Counted from the first letter of the stretch, positions 1 through 9,635 are shown. The stretch: 64,000 bases of DNA from Candidatus Avilachnospira sp. (GCA_045652125.1 JAZRTT010000019.1:56337-120336); one strand, 5' to 3'. The notes: a model not told the origin generated them from the sequence alone. A program made the numbers and translations.

Positions 1-582
1 TGCCACTACATTGGCAAATCCCTTTTTTTTCTGCGTTTGGGGTACACTTTCCCGTTCCCGAACCACCACAGTTCCGCGACAGCCCCGTTGAGAAACTGTC
101 ACCCATTGCAGCTGCGGCAGCGCATGTATCATATGGTCCTTTACACGACGCGGATAAATATTCGGGCCGTAAGTTCCCAAGGTAACACCTGCTGTCTCCA
201 ATTCCCGCAGAATGAGCTGCTCAGGAACCTTTTCATTCCCTTCCACCTGAAAGAAAAACACAAAACACGGCAGTATCATCACGCAAAGCAAGTCCAGCAG
301 CAGCATACCAATCAGGACAGGGCGGCGGAACAGCCCACCTGCCGCAGTAAAAAGACCATTGCGCTCCACTTCCCTGCAATCACACATAGCCAATGCTGCC
401 AATGCTGCGATCTGTTCTTCTTTCCCACGAAACACCTTGATCCGCACAGTCAAAGGATCCAGCCAATGGATGTCCCAAAAAGCAATTTTTCCCTTTGTAA
501 TGCGGTTCAATGCCCATTGTGGGGACGCACCGCATATTTCCATAACCGAATACCCCCGCAGAAACATCCAAATTTTAATCAC
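1..582 (-). CDS. yqfD: Stage IV sporulation protein YqfD, N-terminal ~194 codons. The gene continues past the left window edge, so it is absent from the ORF track.
   Basis: Hand translation of the minus strand. GTG at 582-580, preceded by AGGAGG (594-589), gives VIKIWMFLRGYSVMEICGASPQWALNRITKGKIAFWDIHWLDPLTVRIKVFRGKEEQ...GLFRRPVLIGMLLLDLLCVMILPCFVFFFQVEGNEKVPEQLILRELETAGV... and stays open to base 1. A soluble N-domain, a single TM and the VEGNE motif fit YqfD, as does the position directly after yqfC. Plus-strand ORFs 37..630 and 359..775 are shadows of it. Confidence 0.75.
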   Translation of the reverse strand, partial: MIKIWMFLRGYSVMEICGASPQWALNRITKGKIAFWDIHWLDPLTVRIKVFRGKEEQIAALAALAMCDCREVERNGLFTAAGGLFRRPVLIGMLLLDLLCVMILPCFVFFFQVEGNEKVPEQLILRELETAGVTLGTYGPNIYPRRVKDHMIHALPQLQWVTVSQRGCRGTVVVRERESVPQTQKKKGFANVVA

Positions 583-862
583 AGCAGCCCTCCTGCAGTT
601 CCAGGGCATACAGGTCTCCGCATATGGTGATCCGATTACTGTTCATAAGACGAATCGTCAATTCCCGACCCAAAAGATTGACCCGCCCCACCCCTGTATC
701 GATGGTGATCTGCGCTTTATCATATTCCATAAGTCCCTGATGCGCCTCAATGCTGAACTCCCGAAAACCGGTTAGTTCCATCTTCGGCATACCTGCTAAA
801 ATATCCCCGGGAATCTCCAGAAACCCGGCAGTATTTGCCAGAAATTTTTTTGCCCGATTCAT
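575..862 (-). CDS. yqfC: Sporulation protein YqfC (YabP family)
   Basis: MNRAKKFLANTAGFLEIPGDILAGMPKMELTGFREFSIEAHQGLMEYDKAQITI... matches the YabP/YqfC pattern. ATG at 862 has AGGAGGG 6 nt upstream. The stop overlaps the yqfD start. Confidence 0.75.
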   Translation of the reverse strand: MNRAKKFLANTAGFLEIPGDILAGMPKMELTGFREFSIEAHQGLMEYDKAQITIDTGVGRVNLLGRELTIRLMNSNRITICGDLYALELQEGCCD

Positions 863-946
863 AGAACCCCCTCCTGTTACATCATACATATGCAGGATGG
901 GAAAGGATTTGTCCCACTGTGCATAGATATTTCTGAGGTGATTTCC

Positions 947-2026
947 ATGAAATACGGCATTCGTAAAGCAGAACTTTTTATATTACCGGTCCTTGCTGCC
1001 TGCTTGCTGCTGCAGCCGCAAGCCTCTGCCCGGGGTACTTTCGAGGGACTTCATACCTGTGCCACAGCGATTATTCCTGCATTGTTTCCTTTTATTGCCT
1101 TGACTGACTATTGGATTCGTGCCGGATACGCCGCCTCTCTTGCCTCTTTTGCTGCACCTGTGCTGAATCGCTTGTTCCACTTGCCCGGAACAGCCGCCCC
1201 AGCCTTAATTTTGGGAAGCATCGGCGGATATCCTATTGGGGCAAAAACCGTCGCCCAACTCTACAGTCAAGAACTGCTGACTGCCGATGAGGCAGAGCAT
1301 TGCCTCCTGTTTTGTAATAACGCCGGTCCCGCCTTTGTTTTGGGTGTCCTTGGAAACGGTGTTTTTCAAAGCACAACCATCGGCATTGTGCTTTATTTTA
1401 TCCATTTAACCGCAGCCTTTCTTATGGGGATCCTGTTTCGTCCCAAAAAAGTACCACAGGTCACAAAACAGCCTCTAAAGCCGGTCATGGTCGCTTCTGC
1501 CTCTCAAAATTGGGCCAAAGCCATCAGCAGTGCCGGTAAAACCGGGCTGCAGATCTGTTGTTTTGTCATATTTTTTTCGATTTTGTCCCAATGTACGCTT
1601 GGCCTTTTGCCTCAATCTATCCGAAACTCTCCCTTTCTCTCCCTTTTAATGGGAACATTGGAACTGGCAGGAGGTGCAAAGATACTGGCAGCCGGTTCCT
1701 GGCCCCAGGAGATCCGATTTATTCTGTCTGCACTTCTTTTGGGCTGGGGTGGATTCTGTGTGATGCTCCAATCCATTTCAGCTTTAGAAGAGGCCGGATT
1801 ATCCGGAAAAAACCTTCTGTTGGGTAAGGTATGCCACAGTTTGAGCAGTGCCTTGCTGGCTGCAATACCGGCTCTGTTTCTGCCTTTGTCAATTCCCTGC
1901 TGTGGAAATCCTCTATCGGGATTGCTGCCTGTTTTTGAGCAAAATACGCTGCTTTTGCTCCTGATCGTACTATTTGGCATATTTCTAAAAAAATCCTCTG
2001 GAAATCGGTCGACAAATCAGATATAA
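947..2026 (+). CDS. ylbJ: Sporulation integral membrane protein YlbJ (nucleoside-recognition/Gate-domain membrane protein)
   Basis: Polytopic membrane protein with IPALFPFIALT...GSIGGYPIGAKTVAQLY...LLFCNNAGPAFVLGVLG, typical of YlbJ. Internal ATG at 947 with GAGGTG upstream is preferred over the 890 start. Confidence 0.7.
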   Translation: MKYGIRKAELFILPVLAACLLLQPQASARGTFEGLHTCATAIIPALFPFIALTDYWIRAGYAASLASFAAPVLNRLFHLPGTAAPALILGSIGGYPIGAKTVAQLYSQELLTADEAEHCLLFCNNAGPAFVLGVLGNGVFQSTTIGIVLYFIHLTAAFLMGILFRPKKVPQVTKQPLKPVMVASASQNWAKAISSAGKTGLQICCFVIFFSILSQCTLGLLPQSIRNSPFLSLLMGTLELAGGAKILAAGSWPQEIRFILSALLLGWGGFCVMLQSISALEEAGLSGKNLLLGKVCHSLSSALLAAIPALFLPLSIPCCGNPLSGLLPVFEQNTLLLLLIVLFGIFLKKSSGNRSTNQI

Positions 2027-2050
2027 TAAGAGCAGAAAGGTGGGCTGTCT

Positions 2051-2260
2051 ATGCTATTTCGGAAAAAGATAGATCGATATTGTGCACACTGTACTTATGC
2101 CGGAAAAGTGGATGAAAATCAGATGATTTGCCAGAAGTGCGGGATTGTTCCTGCTACCCATCACTGCCGCCGGTTTCGTTATGACCCTTTAAAGCGTATC
2201 CCTGCCAAACCCAAAGCACAGGACTTTTCCCAATACGACCAAAAGGATTACTCCCTTTGA
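2051..2260 (+). CDS. Small Cys-rich (zinc-ribbon-like) hypothetical protein
   Basis: 69-aa ORF with CAHC...CQKC...HHC spacing. It sits right after ylbJ and is followed by a hairpin terminator. No family recognised. Confidence 0.45.
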   Translation: MLFRKKIDRYCAHCTYAGKVDENQMICQKCGIVPATHHCRRFRYDPLKRIPAKPKAQDFSQYDQKDYSL

Positions 2261-2268
2261 TGTACATA

Positions 2269-2295
2269 GCCGGACGATTTTCGTCCGGCTGTCTC
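2269..2295 (+). terminator. Hairpin terminator after the small Cys-rich ORF
   Basis: GCCGGACG-ATTTT-CGTCCGGC stem-loop followed by a weak T-rich tract. Confidence 0.5.
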
Positions 2296-2303
2296 TTTAG
2301 AAG

Positions 2304-2338
2304 AAAAAAAACTCCGACCCGAAGGTCGGAGTTTTTTC
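2304..2338. terminator. Bidirectional rho-independent terminator between convergent genes
   Basis: AAAAAAA-ACTCCGACC-CGAA-GGTCGGAGT-TTTTTT: a perfect 9-bp stem with an A-run and a T-run on either side. Confidence 0.85.
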
Positions 2339-2344
2339 AATATC

Positions 2345-4405
2345 TTATTCTTCCGCAGCAGTCTCTTCCGCAGCTTCTTCAACCACTTCTTCAACTGCTT
2401 CTTCGACTGTTTCCGCAGCTTTTTCAACCGCTTCTTCGACTGCTTCCGCAGTTTCTTCCGCAGCTTCTTCAACTGCCTCTTCGTCGGAAACCAAAAGGGC
2501 GCGGATAGACAGGCTGATCCGCTTGTTCTCAGCGTCTACATCGATGATCTTTGCTTCCACTTCCTGACCCTCAGCCAAAACATCCTCAGGCTTGCCGATG
2601 CGGCGGTCAGCGATCTGGGAAATATGAATCAGGCCATCAACACCGGGAATGATCTCGGCAAATGCACCAAAGGTCATGAGCTTCACGATCTTAACGGTTG
2701 CAACATCGCCCACCTGATACTTCTCATTGAAGATCGTCCAGGGGTTGCTGTCGGCAGTCTTGTAGCCCAGAGAAATCTTCTTCTTCTCGGCATCAAAGGA
2801 GATGACGAAAACTTCGATCTCGTCGCCAACCTTGACCACTTCACTGGGATTTTTGATGCGGTTCCAAGACAGTTCGGATACGTGAACCATGCCGTCAACG
2901 CCGCCGATATCCACAAATGCACCGTAAGAGGTCAGGCTCTTGACTGTACCATTGTACTTCTTGCCAACTTCGATCTCGCTCCAGATCTGCTCCTGAGCGG
3001 CTTTACGCAGCTCTCTGGTAATTGCGCTGATAGAACCAACCACTCTGCGGCGGGCACGATTGACCTCAGTAATCCGCATCTGGACGGTGGTCTTTACCAG
3101 AGCAGCCAGATCGCCGCCCTTGGGAACACCGGTCTGAGAAGCAGGGATAAACACACGCAGTCCCTTAACATTGGCCACAACGCCGCCCTTGTTCTCTTCG
3201 GTAATTACGCCCTCAACAACAGCCTTGCTCTCAACGGCAGCTTCCACTTCTTCCCAGGTCTTTCCTGCTTCGAGACGCTTCTTGGACAGGCGCACAGTAC
3301 CTTCGGAATCGTTCACATGAACCACAGCGACTTCAATTTCGTCACCGACCTTCAGCACTTCCTCAACCTTGACGGCGGGATCGGAACTGAAATCATCAAT
3401 AAGAATGTACCCGGCATGCTTGGTACCAAGATCTACCTGAATCTCAGTAGCGCCGATGGCAGTTACAACGCCTGTGACCTTATCTCCATTATTTAAAGTT
3501 TTGATTGACTGCTCAAGAAGTTCGGCAAAATCCTCCTCTGCAGCAGTTTCAACTCTGATTTCTTCGCTCATTTTGTTGTTGACCTCCTTTATTATCCACG
3601 CCGGGGTAGAAGCCCCCGCCGTGATGCCAACAGAATTGGCACAAGAAAGATGCGATAAGTCCAATCCGTCTGCGTCCTCAATCAACACAACATTGCTGCA
3701 GTACTGCCTGCATATCATGGCAAGACGCTTGGTGTTGGAGCTGTTCGGATCGCCGACTACGACCATCGCATCGGAATTTCCGGCTAATTCGCCTGCTTCT
3801 TTCTGCCGCTTTTCTGTCGCTTCGCATATTGTATCAAAGATTTCGTGATTTGTACACTCTTTTTTTATAATTTCCTTGCAGTTTTCCCATAATTTCTGCG
3901 TGCTGGTCGTCTGGCATACCAAAGTGACCGGCATTTTCCGGTTTTCTTCGGCTTCTTCCAACCAATTTTGCAGTTGTTCCGGTGTTTCAAACACCTTGGA
4001 ATGGCTGCACCATCCTGCGATGGCCTTCACTTCCGGGTGATCTGGCACGCCGATAATGATCGGCAGGCGTCCGGCCTTCTCCGCTTCTGCAACCAGTTTG
4101 TGTATCCGTTTTACAAACGGGCATGTGGCATCCACAATCTCGATGTCCAATGCCTCCAATTCTTCCTGAACTGCACGGGAGACACCATGAGAGCGAATGA
4201 TCACACAGCTTCCTGGGGCTGCCTGACCGGGGACATTCAATTCCCTGACCCCCTGCCTGGCAAACCGGTCCGTTACATGCCGGTTGTGAATGATCGGGCC
4301 GAGGGTCGCCACATTCTTTCCCTCTGACACAGCCTGTTCCACCATATTTACCGCCCGACCGACTCCAAAGCAGAAACCGGCTGTCTTTGCCAATGTGATC
4401 TTCAC
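2345..4405 (-). CDS. ispH: Bifunctional 4-hydroxy-3-methylbut-2-enyl diphosphate reductase (IspH/LytB) / 30S ribosomal protein S1 fusion
   Basis: The N-terminal ~285 aa are IspH-like (MKITLAKTAGFCFGVGRAV...ATCPFVKRIH...VVVGDPNSSNT). They are followed by four S1 OB-fold repeats (GDKVTGVV, VVEGVITEENKGGV, GKKYNGTVKSLTSYGAFVDIGG..GMVHVSELS, GDVATVKIVKLMTFGAFAEI) and an acidic A/E/V repeat tail. This fusion is common in Clostridia. Confidence 0.9.
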   Translation of the reverse strand: MKITLAKTAGFCFGVGRAVNMVEQAVSEGKNVATLGPIIHNRHVTDRFARQGVRELNVPGQAAPGSCVIIRSHGVSRAVQEELEALDIEIVDATCPFVKRIHKLVAEAEKAGRLPIIIGVPDHPEVKAIAGWCSHSKVFETPEQLQNWLEEAEENRKMPVTLVCQTTSTQKLWENCKEIIKKECTNHEIFDTICEATEKRQKEAGELAGNSDAMVVVGDPNSSNTKRLAMICRQYCSNVVLIEDADGLDLSHLSCANSVGITAGASTPAWIIKEVNNKMSEEIRVETAAEEDFAELLEQSIKTLNNGDKVTGVVTAIGATEIQVDLGTKHAGYILIDDFSSDPAVKVEEVLKVGDEIEVAVVHVNDSEGTVRLSKKRLEAGKTWEEVEAAVESKAVVEGVITEENKGGVVANVKGLRVFIPASQTGVPKGGDLAALVKTTVQMRITEVNRARRRVVGSISAITRELRKAAQEQIWSEIEVGKKYNGTVKSLTSYGAFVDIGGVDGMVHVSELSWNRIKNPSEVVKVGDEIEVFVISFDAEKKKISLGYKTADSNPWTIFNEKYQVGDVATVKIVKLMTFGAFAEIIPGVDGLIHISQIADRRIGKPEDVLAEGQEVEAKIIDVDAENKRISLSIRALLVSDEEAVEEAAEETAEAVEEAVEKAAETVEEAVEEVVEEAAEETAAEE

Positions 4406-5007
4406 TGCTTCGCCCCCATACTGTAAATCTTCTTCATCAGCGTCTCAGCCGCTTCCTGAAGCTGTGCTTCCGTCGGTGTCTGTCCACCGAAATCCAACCG
4501 ATAAGGTGCTCCAATGATACAGGTGATCGGGCTGAAGGGATACCGTTTGGTAGTGAGATAGACCGGCAGGATAGGGCTGTCTGTTCGGTAAGCCAAAAGC
4601 AACGCGCCACGTTTGGGCTCTAAAGAGCAGCCGGGCTTCACTCTGGCTCCCTCAGGGAAAATCAATAGTTGCTGTTCCTCTTTCAGGCATCGAAGGCCGT
4701 TTTTTACAGCAGTAACATCCGCTCCTTGCCGATTCACGCCAAATACACCGATTTTTTTCAAAAACCACCCCAACACAGGAACAGCCATTACTTCTTTTTT
4801 TGCCATAATACGGGGAATATGTCCAAGCCTCATGGCGAATATCACCCAGATAGGATCTGCTAAGCCTCTGTGATTGGGGCAAATAAGCAGTCTGCCATTG
4901 TGTTGTGGTATATGCTCCCGACCCACCACACGAAACACAGGATGATACAGAAACATGATGATTCGAAAAATGACGAACAGCAATTTATACGCCAGGCCGC
5001 CTATCAT
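4402..5007 (-). CDS. plsC: 1-acyl-sn-glycerol-3-phosphate acyltransferase
   Basis: HxxxxD acyltransferase motif (CPNHRGLADP) and an FPEG motif (LLIFPEGAR). Overlaps ispH and cmk by 4 nt each, which suggests an operon. Confidence 0.8.
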   Translation of the reverse strand: MIGGLAYKLLFVIFRIIMFLYHPVFRVVGREHIPQHNGRLLICPNHRGLADPIWVIFAMRLGHIPRIMAKKEVMAVPVLGWFLKKIGVFGVNRQGADVTAVKNGLRCLKEEQQLLIFPEGARVKPGCSLEPKRGALLLAYRTDSPILPVYLTTKRYPFSPITCIIGAPYRLDFGGQTPTEAQLQEAAETLMKKIYSMGAKQ

Positions 5008-5684
5008 TTGTCCAGTCTCTCCTCGATGATCTTTTTGATGGCTTGTACGCTTTGCTCAATGGTCAATGCAGAAGTATCCAGCAAAACCGCATCGTCCGCC
5101 TGTTTCAGCGGTGCCACAGGACGATTCATATCGCGGTAATCCCGCTGCCTCATGTCCTCCAAAACACCCTCAAAGGTCAGGTTCTTCTCCCCTTTTGCAA
5201 CCAGTTCATCCAAACGGCGCTGTGCACGAACTTCCGCCGAAGCTGTGAGAAAGATCTTCACTTTGGCATCGGGAAGCACCACTGTGCCAATATCTCTGCC
5301 GTCCATGATCACATTGTGCTTCTTTGCCATGTTTCGCTGAACATCAAGCAGAAAATCACGCACAACCTTCATGGCTGAGATCTTGGATGCATAGTCGCTC
5401 ATCAACGGGGTACGCAGCTCATCTGTCACATCTTTTCCGTTGAGCATCATCCGCTGCTGTCCGTCTTTTCCATAGGCGATCTCAATGCCCACATCTTTAA
5501 TCAGGCGGGTCACCCCGTCAACGTCCTTGGGGCCAATACCGCACAAGTTTACATAATATCCAATCGTCCGATAAATCGCACCGGTATCCACATAGACAAA
5601 GTTCAGATCTTTTGCGACCCGCTTGGCCATAGTGCTTTTTCCTGCTCCGGCAGGACCGTCAATAGCAATGGAAACAAATTTCAT
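5004..5684 (-). CDS. cmk: Cytidylate kinase
   Basis: P-loop IAIDGPAGAGKST, followed by VYVDTGAIYR and MDGRDIGTVVLPDA motifs. Confidence 0.9.
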   Translation of the reverse strand: MKFVSIAIDGPAGAGKSTMAKRVAKDLNFVYVDTGAIYRTIGYYVNLCGIGPKDVDGVTRLIKDVGIEIAYGKDGQQRMMLNGKDVTDELRTPLMSDYASKISAMKVVRDFLLDVQRNMAKKHNVIMDGRDIGTVVLPDAKVKIFLTASAEVRAQRRLDELVAKGEKNLTFEGVLEDMRQRDYRDMNRPVAPLKQADDAVLLDTSALTIEQSVQAIKKIIEERLDK

Positions 5685-6943
5685 CAGGAAACCTCCTCAT
5701 TATAATCACGTTCGCCTGCTGATGTACCTGCAGCGTGAGCCGTAGCCCATGCAATTTGCAGATTAAATCCACCTGTATAGGCATCCACATCTAAAATTTC
5801 ACCGGCAAAATAAAGGCCGGAGATCAGTTTGGATTCCATGGTTTTCGGATCTACTTCTTTGGTTTTAACCCCACCTGCTGTAATGATCGCTTCTTCCACG
5901 GGACGTGGGCCGGCGATCTCAACAGTAAATGCCTTGGTCAGCTCCAGGAGCCTTCTTCGCTGCTGCTTGGTGAGGGAATTTGCTTTCAGATCTCCGGGAA
6001 TCCCGGCGCGGGTTAACATAATCTGGATCATGGTTCTCGGGTACAGATCCTGTAATGCATTTTCCATATCCCGATTCTGATATTGCTCCAGATCCCTCAA
6101 AATCCGCCGGTCCAGCTTTTGCTCGTCCATTGCCGGCTTCAGATCAATGGAGATCCGGTAGGTGTCCCCTTGTTTTCCATGGGCGCTGCTGCTTAAAATC
6201 GTCGGTCCGGAAAGTCCAAAATGGGTAAACAGCAGCTCTCCAAAATCCTCATAGATCGTTTTATTCTTCTGGTCGATCAGCTTAACGGCAACATTTCGCA
6301 GGGAAAGTCCCTGCATTTTGGCACACCAGGAACCGTTTTCTTCCAAGGGTACCAACGAGCCTCTGAGTTCTGTGATACTATGCCCCACGGCAGCAGCCAT
6401 TTTATAGCCGTCACCTGTGGAACCGGTCAACGGGTAAGAACAGCCACCGGTACACAAGATAACGCACCGACCATAAATCGGACCATTATCTGTCTCAACC
6501 CCTCTGATTTTACCGTTTTCCGTCAAAAGGGAACGTGCCCTGGTGCGTTTGCACTCCACACCCTGTTCCTGCAAAAACCGCTGCAGCGCGGCGATCACAT
6601 CCGAGGAACGATCGCTGACCGGAAATACCCGACCGCCCCGTTCCACCTTTAACCTGCATCCATGGGTCTCGAAAAAAGCCATGACTGCATCGGGATCGAA
6701 GTTCTGCATGGCGCTGTACAAAAAGCGGCTGTTGTGGGGCACATTTTTAAGAACTTCTTCTCCGGAACAGGCATTGGTCACATTACAGCGGCCCTTTCCT
6801 GTAATCGCCAGCTTTTTCCCCAACCGATCATTGGGTTCCAGCAAAACAACCTTAGCGCCTGCCTGTGCCGCCATTCCGGCAGCCATCATTCCCGCAGCGC
6901 CTCCGCCTACAACAATGACCTTATGACTCTTCAAACCCTTCAT
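5684..6943 (-). CDS. HI0933/BaiN-like FAD-dependent flavoprotein (aminoacetone-oxidase family)
   Basis: VIVVGGGAAGMMAA dinucleotide fold, ITGKGRCNVTN, and C-terminal GLYFAGEILDVDAYTGGFNLQIAW. ATG at 6943 (MKGLKSHK) is favoured. The ORF could start as far upstream as 6982. Confidence 0.75.
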   Translation of the reverse strand: MKGLKSHKVIVVGGGAAGMMAAGMAAQAGAKVVLLEPNDRLGKKLAITGKGRCNVTNACSGEEVLKNVPHNSRFLYSAMQNFDPDAVMAFFETHGCRLKVERGGRVFPVSDRSSDVIAALQRFLQEQGVECKRTRARSLLTENGKIRGVETDNGPIYGRCVILCTGGCSYPLTGSTGDGYKMAAAVGHSITELRGSLVPLEENGSWCAKMQGLSLRNVAVKLIDQKNKTIYEDFGELLFTHFGLSGPTILSSSAHGKQGDTYRISIDLKPAMDEQKLDRRILRDLEQYQNRDMENALQDLYPRTMIQIMLTRAGIPGDLKANSLTKQQRRRLLELTKAFTVEIAGPRPVEEAIITAGGVKTKEVDPKTMESKLISGLYFAGEILDVDAYTGGFNLQIAWATAHAAGTSAGERDYNEEVS

Positions 6944-7787
6944 AGACCTCATATTCCGCCCAGATCTTCTCCAAATTCTCAAAAATCCGGGACAATTCTT
7001 TTTCTTTGCTCCGGCCGATCGCCACGATCAAAGCATTGACCAAGCTCATGGGTGCCACAAGGGAATCCACCACCGACACCATATCACTTTTGGCGATCAA
7101 CGTATGATGCGCAATTTTTGCCGTAGGTGCCTCTGACGAATCTGTGATCACAATGACCTCTGCGCCGGAATCCCGGGCAAATTCCAAAACTTTCACCGTT
7201 CTGGAGGAATACCGCGGCAGACTGATTCCGATCACCACATCGCCCTGCCCCACATGAAGCATTTGCTCCATCATTTCGCTGGTGGCTGAAGAATCCACCA
7301 AGCGTACATTATGGTAAATATTGCGGAAGTAAAACCCCATATAGGTGGCGATGGCAGCAGAGGAACGAACGCCTACAATATAAATGTGTTTTGCCCGATT
7401 GATCGTTTGAACAGCCGCACGCAGAACCGTTCTGTCCAACGCCTCATTGGTCATGCGAATGCTCTCCATATCCGAATGGAGCACCATAGACACAACATCC
7501 TGACCGCCGAAACGGTCGCTGTCTACCCCAATCCGCTGGACGGCTGTGAGCTTGGTCCGAACCATCTCCTGAAGGGCTTTCTGCATACTGGGATAGCCGT
7601 CAAATCCAAGTTCTACTGCAAAGCGCACAACGGTGGATTCGGAAACATTGACCATTTCTCCCAATTTGCTGGCCGTCATAAATGCAGCCTTATCGTAGGA
7701 TTCTGCAATATAATTGGCAATTCGCTTCTGCCCTTTGGAGAACGTAGTCATGCGATTATGTATTGTGGCAAGAATATCCGTAGCCAT
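6921..7787 (-). CDS. MurR/RpiR family transcriptional regulator (HTH_6 + SIS domain)
   Basis: N-terminal HTH (FSKGQKRIANYI...ASKLGEMVNVSESTVVRFA) and C-terminal SIS domain (IYIVGVRSSAAIA...DVVIGISLPRYS). Confidence 0.8.
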   Translation of the reverse strand: MATDILATIHNRMTTFSKGQKRIANYIAESYDKAAFMTASKLGEMVNVSESTVVRFAVELGFDGYPSMQKALQEMVRTKLTAVQRIGVDSDRFGGQDVVSMVLHSDMESIRMTNEALDRTVLRAAVQTINRAKHIYIVGVRSSAAIATYMGFYFRNIYHNVRLVDSSATSEMMEQMLHVGQGDVVIGISLPRYSSRTVKVLEFARDSGAEVIVITDSSEAPTAKIAHHTLIAKSDMVSVVDSLVAPMSLVNALIVAIGRSKEKELSRIFENLEKIWAEYEVYEGFEES

Positions 7788-7859
7788 AAAATCCCTCTCT
7801 TTTGATTGGTATTTCTATTCTCCACTATACTGGTTTCCCGTCAGTTTTGCAAGGGCATT

Positions 7860-8576
7860 TCACGGTTTTTGCAAGGAATCTTTCAGTCTTAAAAGTTCCT
7901 GTTCCGTCAGTTCCCTCCATTTCCCCACAGGAAGATCTCCTAGCTGCAATGGTCCTTCCTGCACCCGCTTCAAACGGGTGACTGTCACACCTGCAGCCTC
8001 GCAAATTCGCCTGATTTGACGGTTTCTTCCCTCGAAAATGGTGAATTCCAGCAGCGTGCTTTCCTTTTGATACAAAACCCGCACCTTGGCAGGAATGGTC
8101 TTTTTTCCATCTATCAGAATCGACGCCCGGAGTTTTCCCAGTGCTGCTTCGGAAAAATCATTGCACCACACATGATAGATCTTGCAAATTTCTCCCTTTG
8201 GATGCGTCAGTCTGTTTGTCAGCTCTCCATCATTGGTCATAAGCAGCAGCCCTTCGGAGTTGAGATCCAGCCTTCCCACAGGATAGACCCGATGACCGCA
8301 ATCTGCCATCAGATCCGCAACATTTCGCCTGTCTTTTTCATCCTGCAGGGTCGTCACATACCCCCGGGGCTTATTGAGCATATAGTAAACTGTCTCGGGT
8401 GCCGCTTCCAGCACTACACCGTCTACTTTGATTTCATCTGTTTCTGCATCGGCAATTTGTCCAAGTTCCGCAGCAGCACCATTGACCGTGACGCGGCCCT
8501 GCAGAATCATGGCTTCTGCCTGCCGCCGGGACGCAACCCCATATTGAGACAATATTTTCTGCAGACGTTCGGCCAT
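7860..8576 (-). CDS. rluB: 16S/23S rRNA pseudouridine synthase, RsuA/RluB family, with N-terminal S4 domain
   Basis: ERLQKILSQYGVASRRQAEAMILQGRVTVNG (S4 domain), then YYMLNKPRGYVTT and the catalytic GRLDLNSEGLLLMTNDG. Confidence 0.8.
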   Translation of the reverse strand: MAERLQKILSQYGVASRRQAEAMILQGRVTVNGAAAELGQIADAETDEIKVDGVVLEAAPETVYYMLNKPRGYVTTLQDEKDRRNVADLMADCGHRVYPVGRLDLNSEGLLLMTNDGELTNRLTHPKGEICKIYHVWCNDFSEAALGKLRASILIDGKKTIPAKVRVLYQKESTLLEFTIFEGRNRQIRRICEAAGVTVTRLKRVQEGPLQLGDLPVGKWRELTEQELLRLKDSLQKP

Positions 8577-8579
8577 GAC

Positions 8580-9635
8580 TCACGCCCCCTCCAATACGGA
8601 ATACTGCCAGAATAACGGCAGTTTTTTTACTTCTTTTCCATCCACCAGAACAGACAGCGTACCGGCAGAATCTCCGGCCAGGACAGGTGCATAAACAAAC
8701 TTTGGCAAATTGGGACGCAGCTCTATTTTTTCATCCTGCGCCAGGCAGTAGGAAAAATCCTCCTGCAGCACAGCCTTCACCTGCGTTTCTGCTCCGCTCA
8801 AAACCGAAACAGAGCCAAAGGCCTGCCCACAGCCGGCAATCTCCTGCAAACGGTAGGCTGAAAAACCGTAGTCCAGCAATGCCTTGTGATCCGACCAATC
8901 ATTTCTGTCCCGAATGGTCACTGCAATCAGTCGACGACCGTTTCTCTCTGCTGCACTGACAAGAATGCGGCCTGCCGACATGGTATAGCCCGTTTTCACA
9001 CCAACTGCACCGTTATAGCTCCAAAGAAGCTTGTTGTGATTGGTAAAACTGCGTTCACCGAACACCGCCGTTTTTGTGGATACCACCTTGCGGAATATCT
9101 CATTATCCATGGCATATGCCGTAAGCTTCCCCAAATCCCTTGCCGTTGAATAGTGATTCTCTGCGTCAAGTCCATGTGGGTTTACATAATTTGTATTCGT
9201 TAGCCCTAATTCTTCCGCTTTTCGGTTCATTTTCTCTGAAAAAGAGGGGATGCTTCCTCCACAATACACAGCCAGCGCTGCGGCTGCATCGTTGCCGGAC
9301 CGGAGCATCAAGCCATAGAGAAGCGTCTCTACTGTGAGCACTTCTCCGGCTTTTAAATACAGAGAGGACCCTTCTATTCCAACCGTTTCTTCCGGAACAG
9401 ATACCCGGGCAGACAAATCACACTCTTCCGCCACCAGAAGTCCAGTCATAATCTTGGTGGTGCTGGCTATTTGTGCCCGGTCATCCGCCCGATGTTCAAA
9501 AAGGACACGGCCTGTGGTTCCATCCAGAAGAATGGCACTATGGGCAGACAACACAGGAGCGGCATAGGCACACACAGAGAAAAGGACGGCGGCGGCCAGA
9601 CAGCCAGCCACCGTCCGCAGAAATTTTTTCTTCAT
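8580..9635 (-). CDS. dacB: Serine-type D-alanyl-D-alanine carboxypeptidase (peptidase S11, DacB-like)
   Basis: Signal peptide, SxxK (ASTTKIMT), SGN (RSGNDAA) and KTG (VKTGYT) motifs. The scpAB-ytfIJ-dacB-rluB order mirrors B. subtilis. Confidence 0.8.
   Translation of the reverse strand: MKKKFLRTVAGCLAAAVLFSVCAYAAPVLSAHSAILLDGTTGRVLFEHRADDRAQIASTTKIMTGLLVAEECDLSARVSVPEETVGIEGSSLYLKAGEVLTVETLLYGLMLRSGNDAAAALAVYCGGSIPSFSEKMNRKAEELGLTNTNYVNPHGLDAENHYSTARDLGKLTAYAMDNEIFRKVVSTKTAVFGERSFTNHNKLLWSYNGAVGVKTGYTMSAGRILVSAAERNGRRLIAVTIRDRNDWSDHKALLDYGFSAYRLQEIAGCGQAFGSVSVLSGAETQVKAVLQEDFSYCLAQDEKIELRPNLPKFVYAPVLAGDSAGTLSVLVDGKEVKKLPLFWQYSVLEGA

Noticed and set aside
37-775. Plus-strand ORFs 37..630 and 359..775, and minus-strand ORF 380..571.
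   Set aside because: They overlap the hand-translated yqfD frame, which has a clear family signature, an AGGAGG SD and coupling to yqfC. Their own translations are featureless.
2248-2472. 74-aa K/L/R-rich ORF (MKKLRKKLRKQSKK...), which superficially resembles a cationic peptide.
   Set aside because: It is the alternative frame of the acidic repeat tail of ispH::rpsA and runs through the bidirectional terminator. It has no SD.
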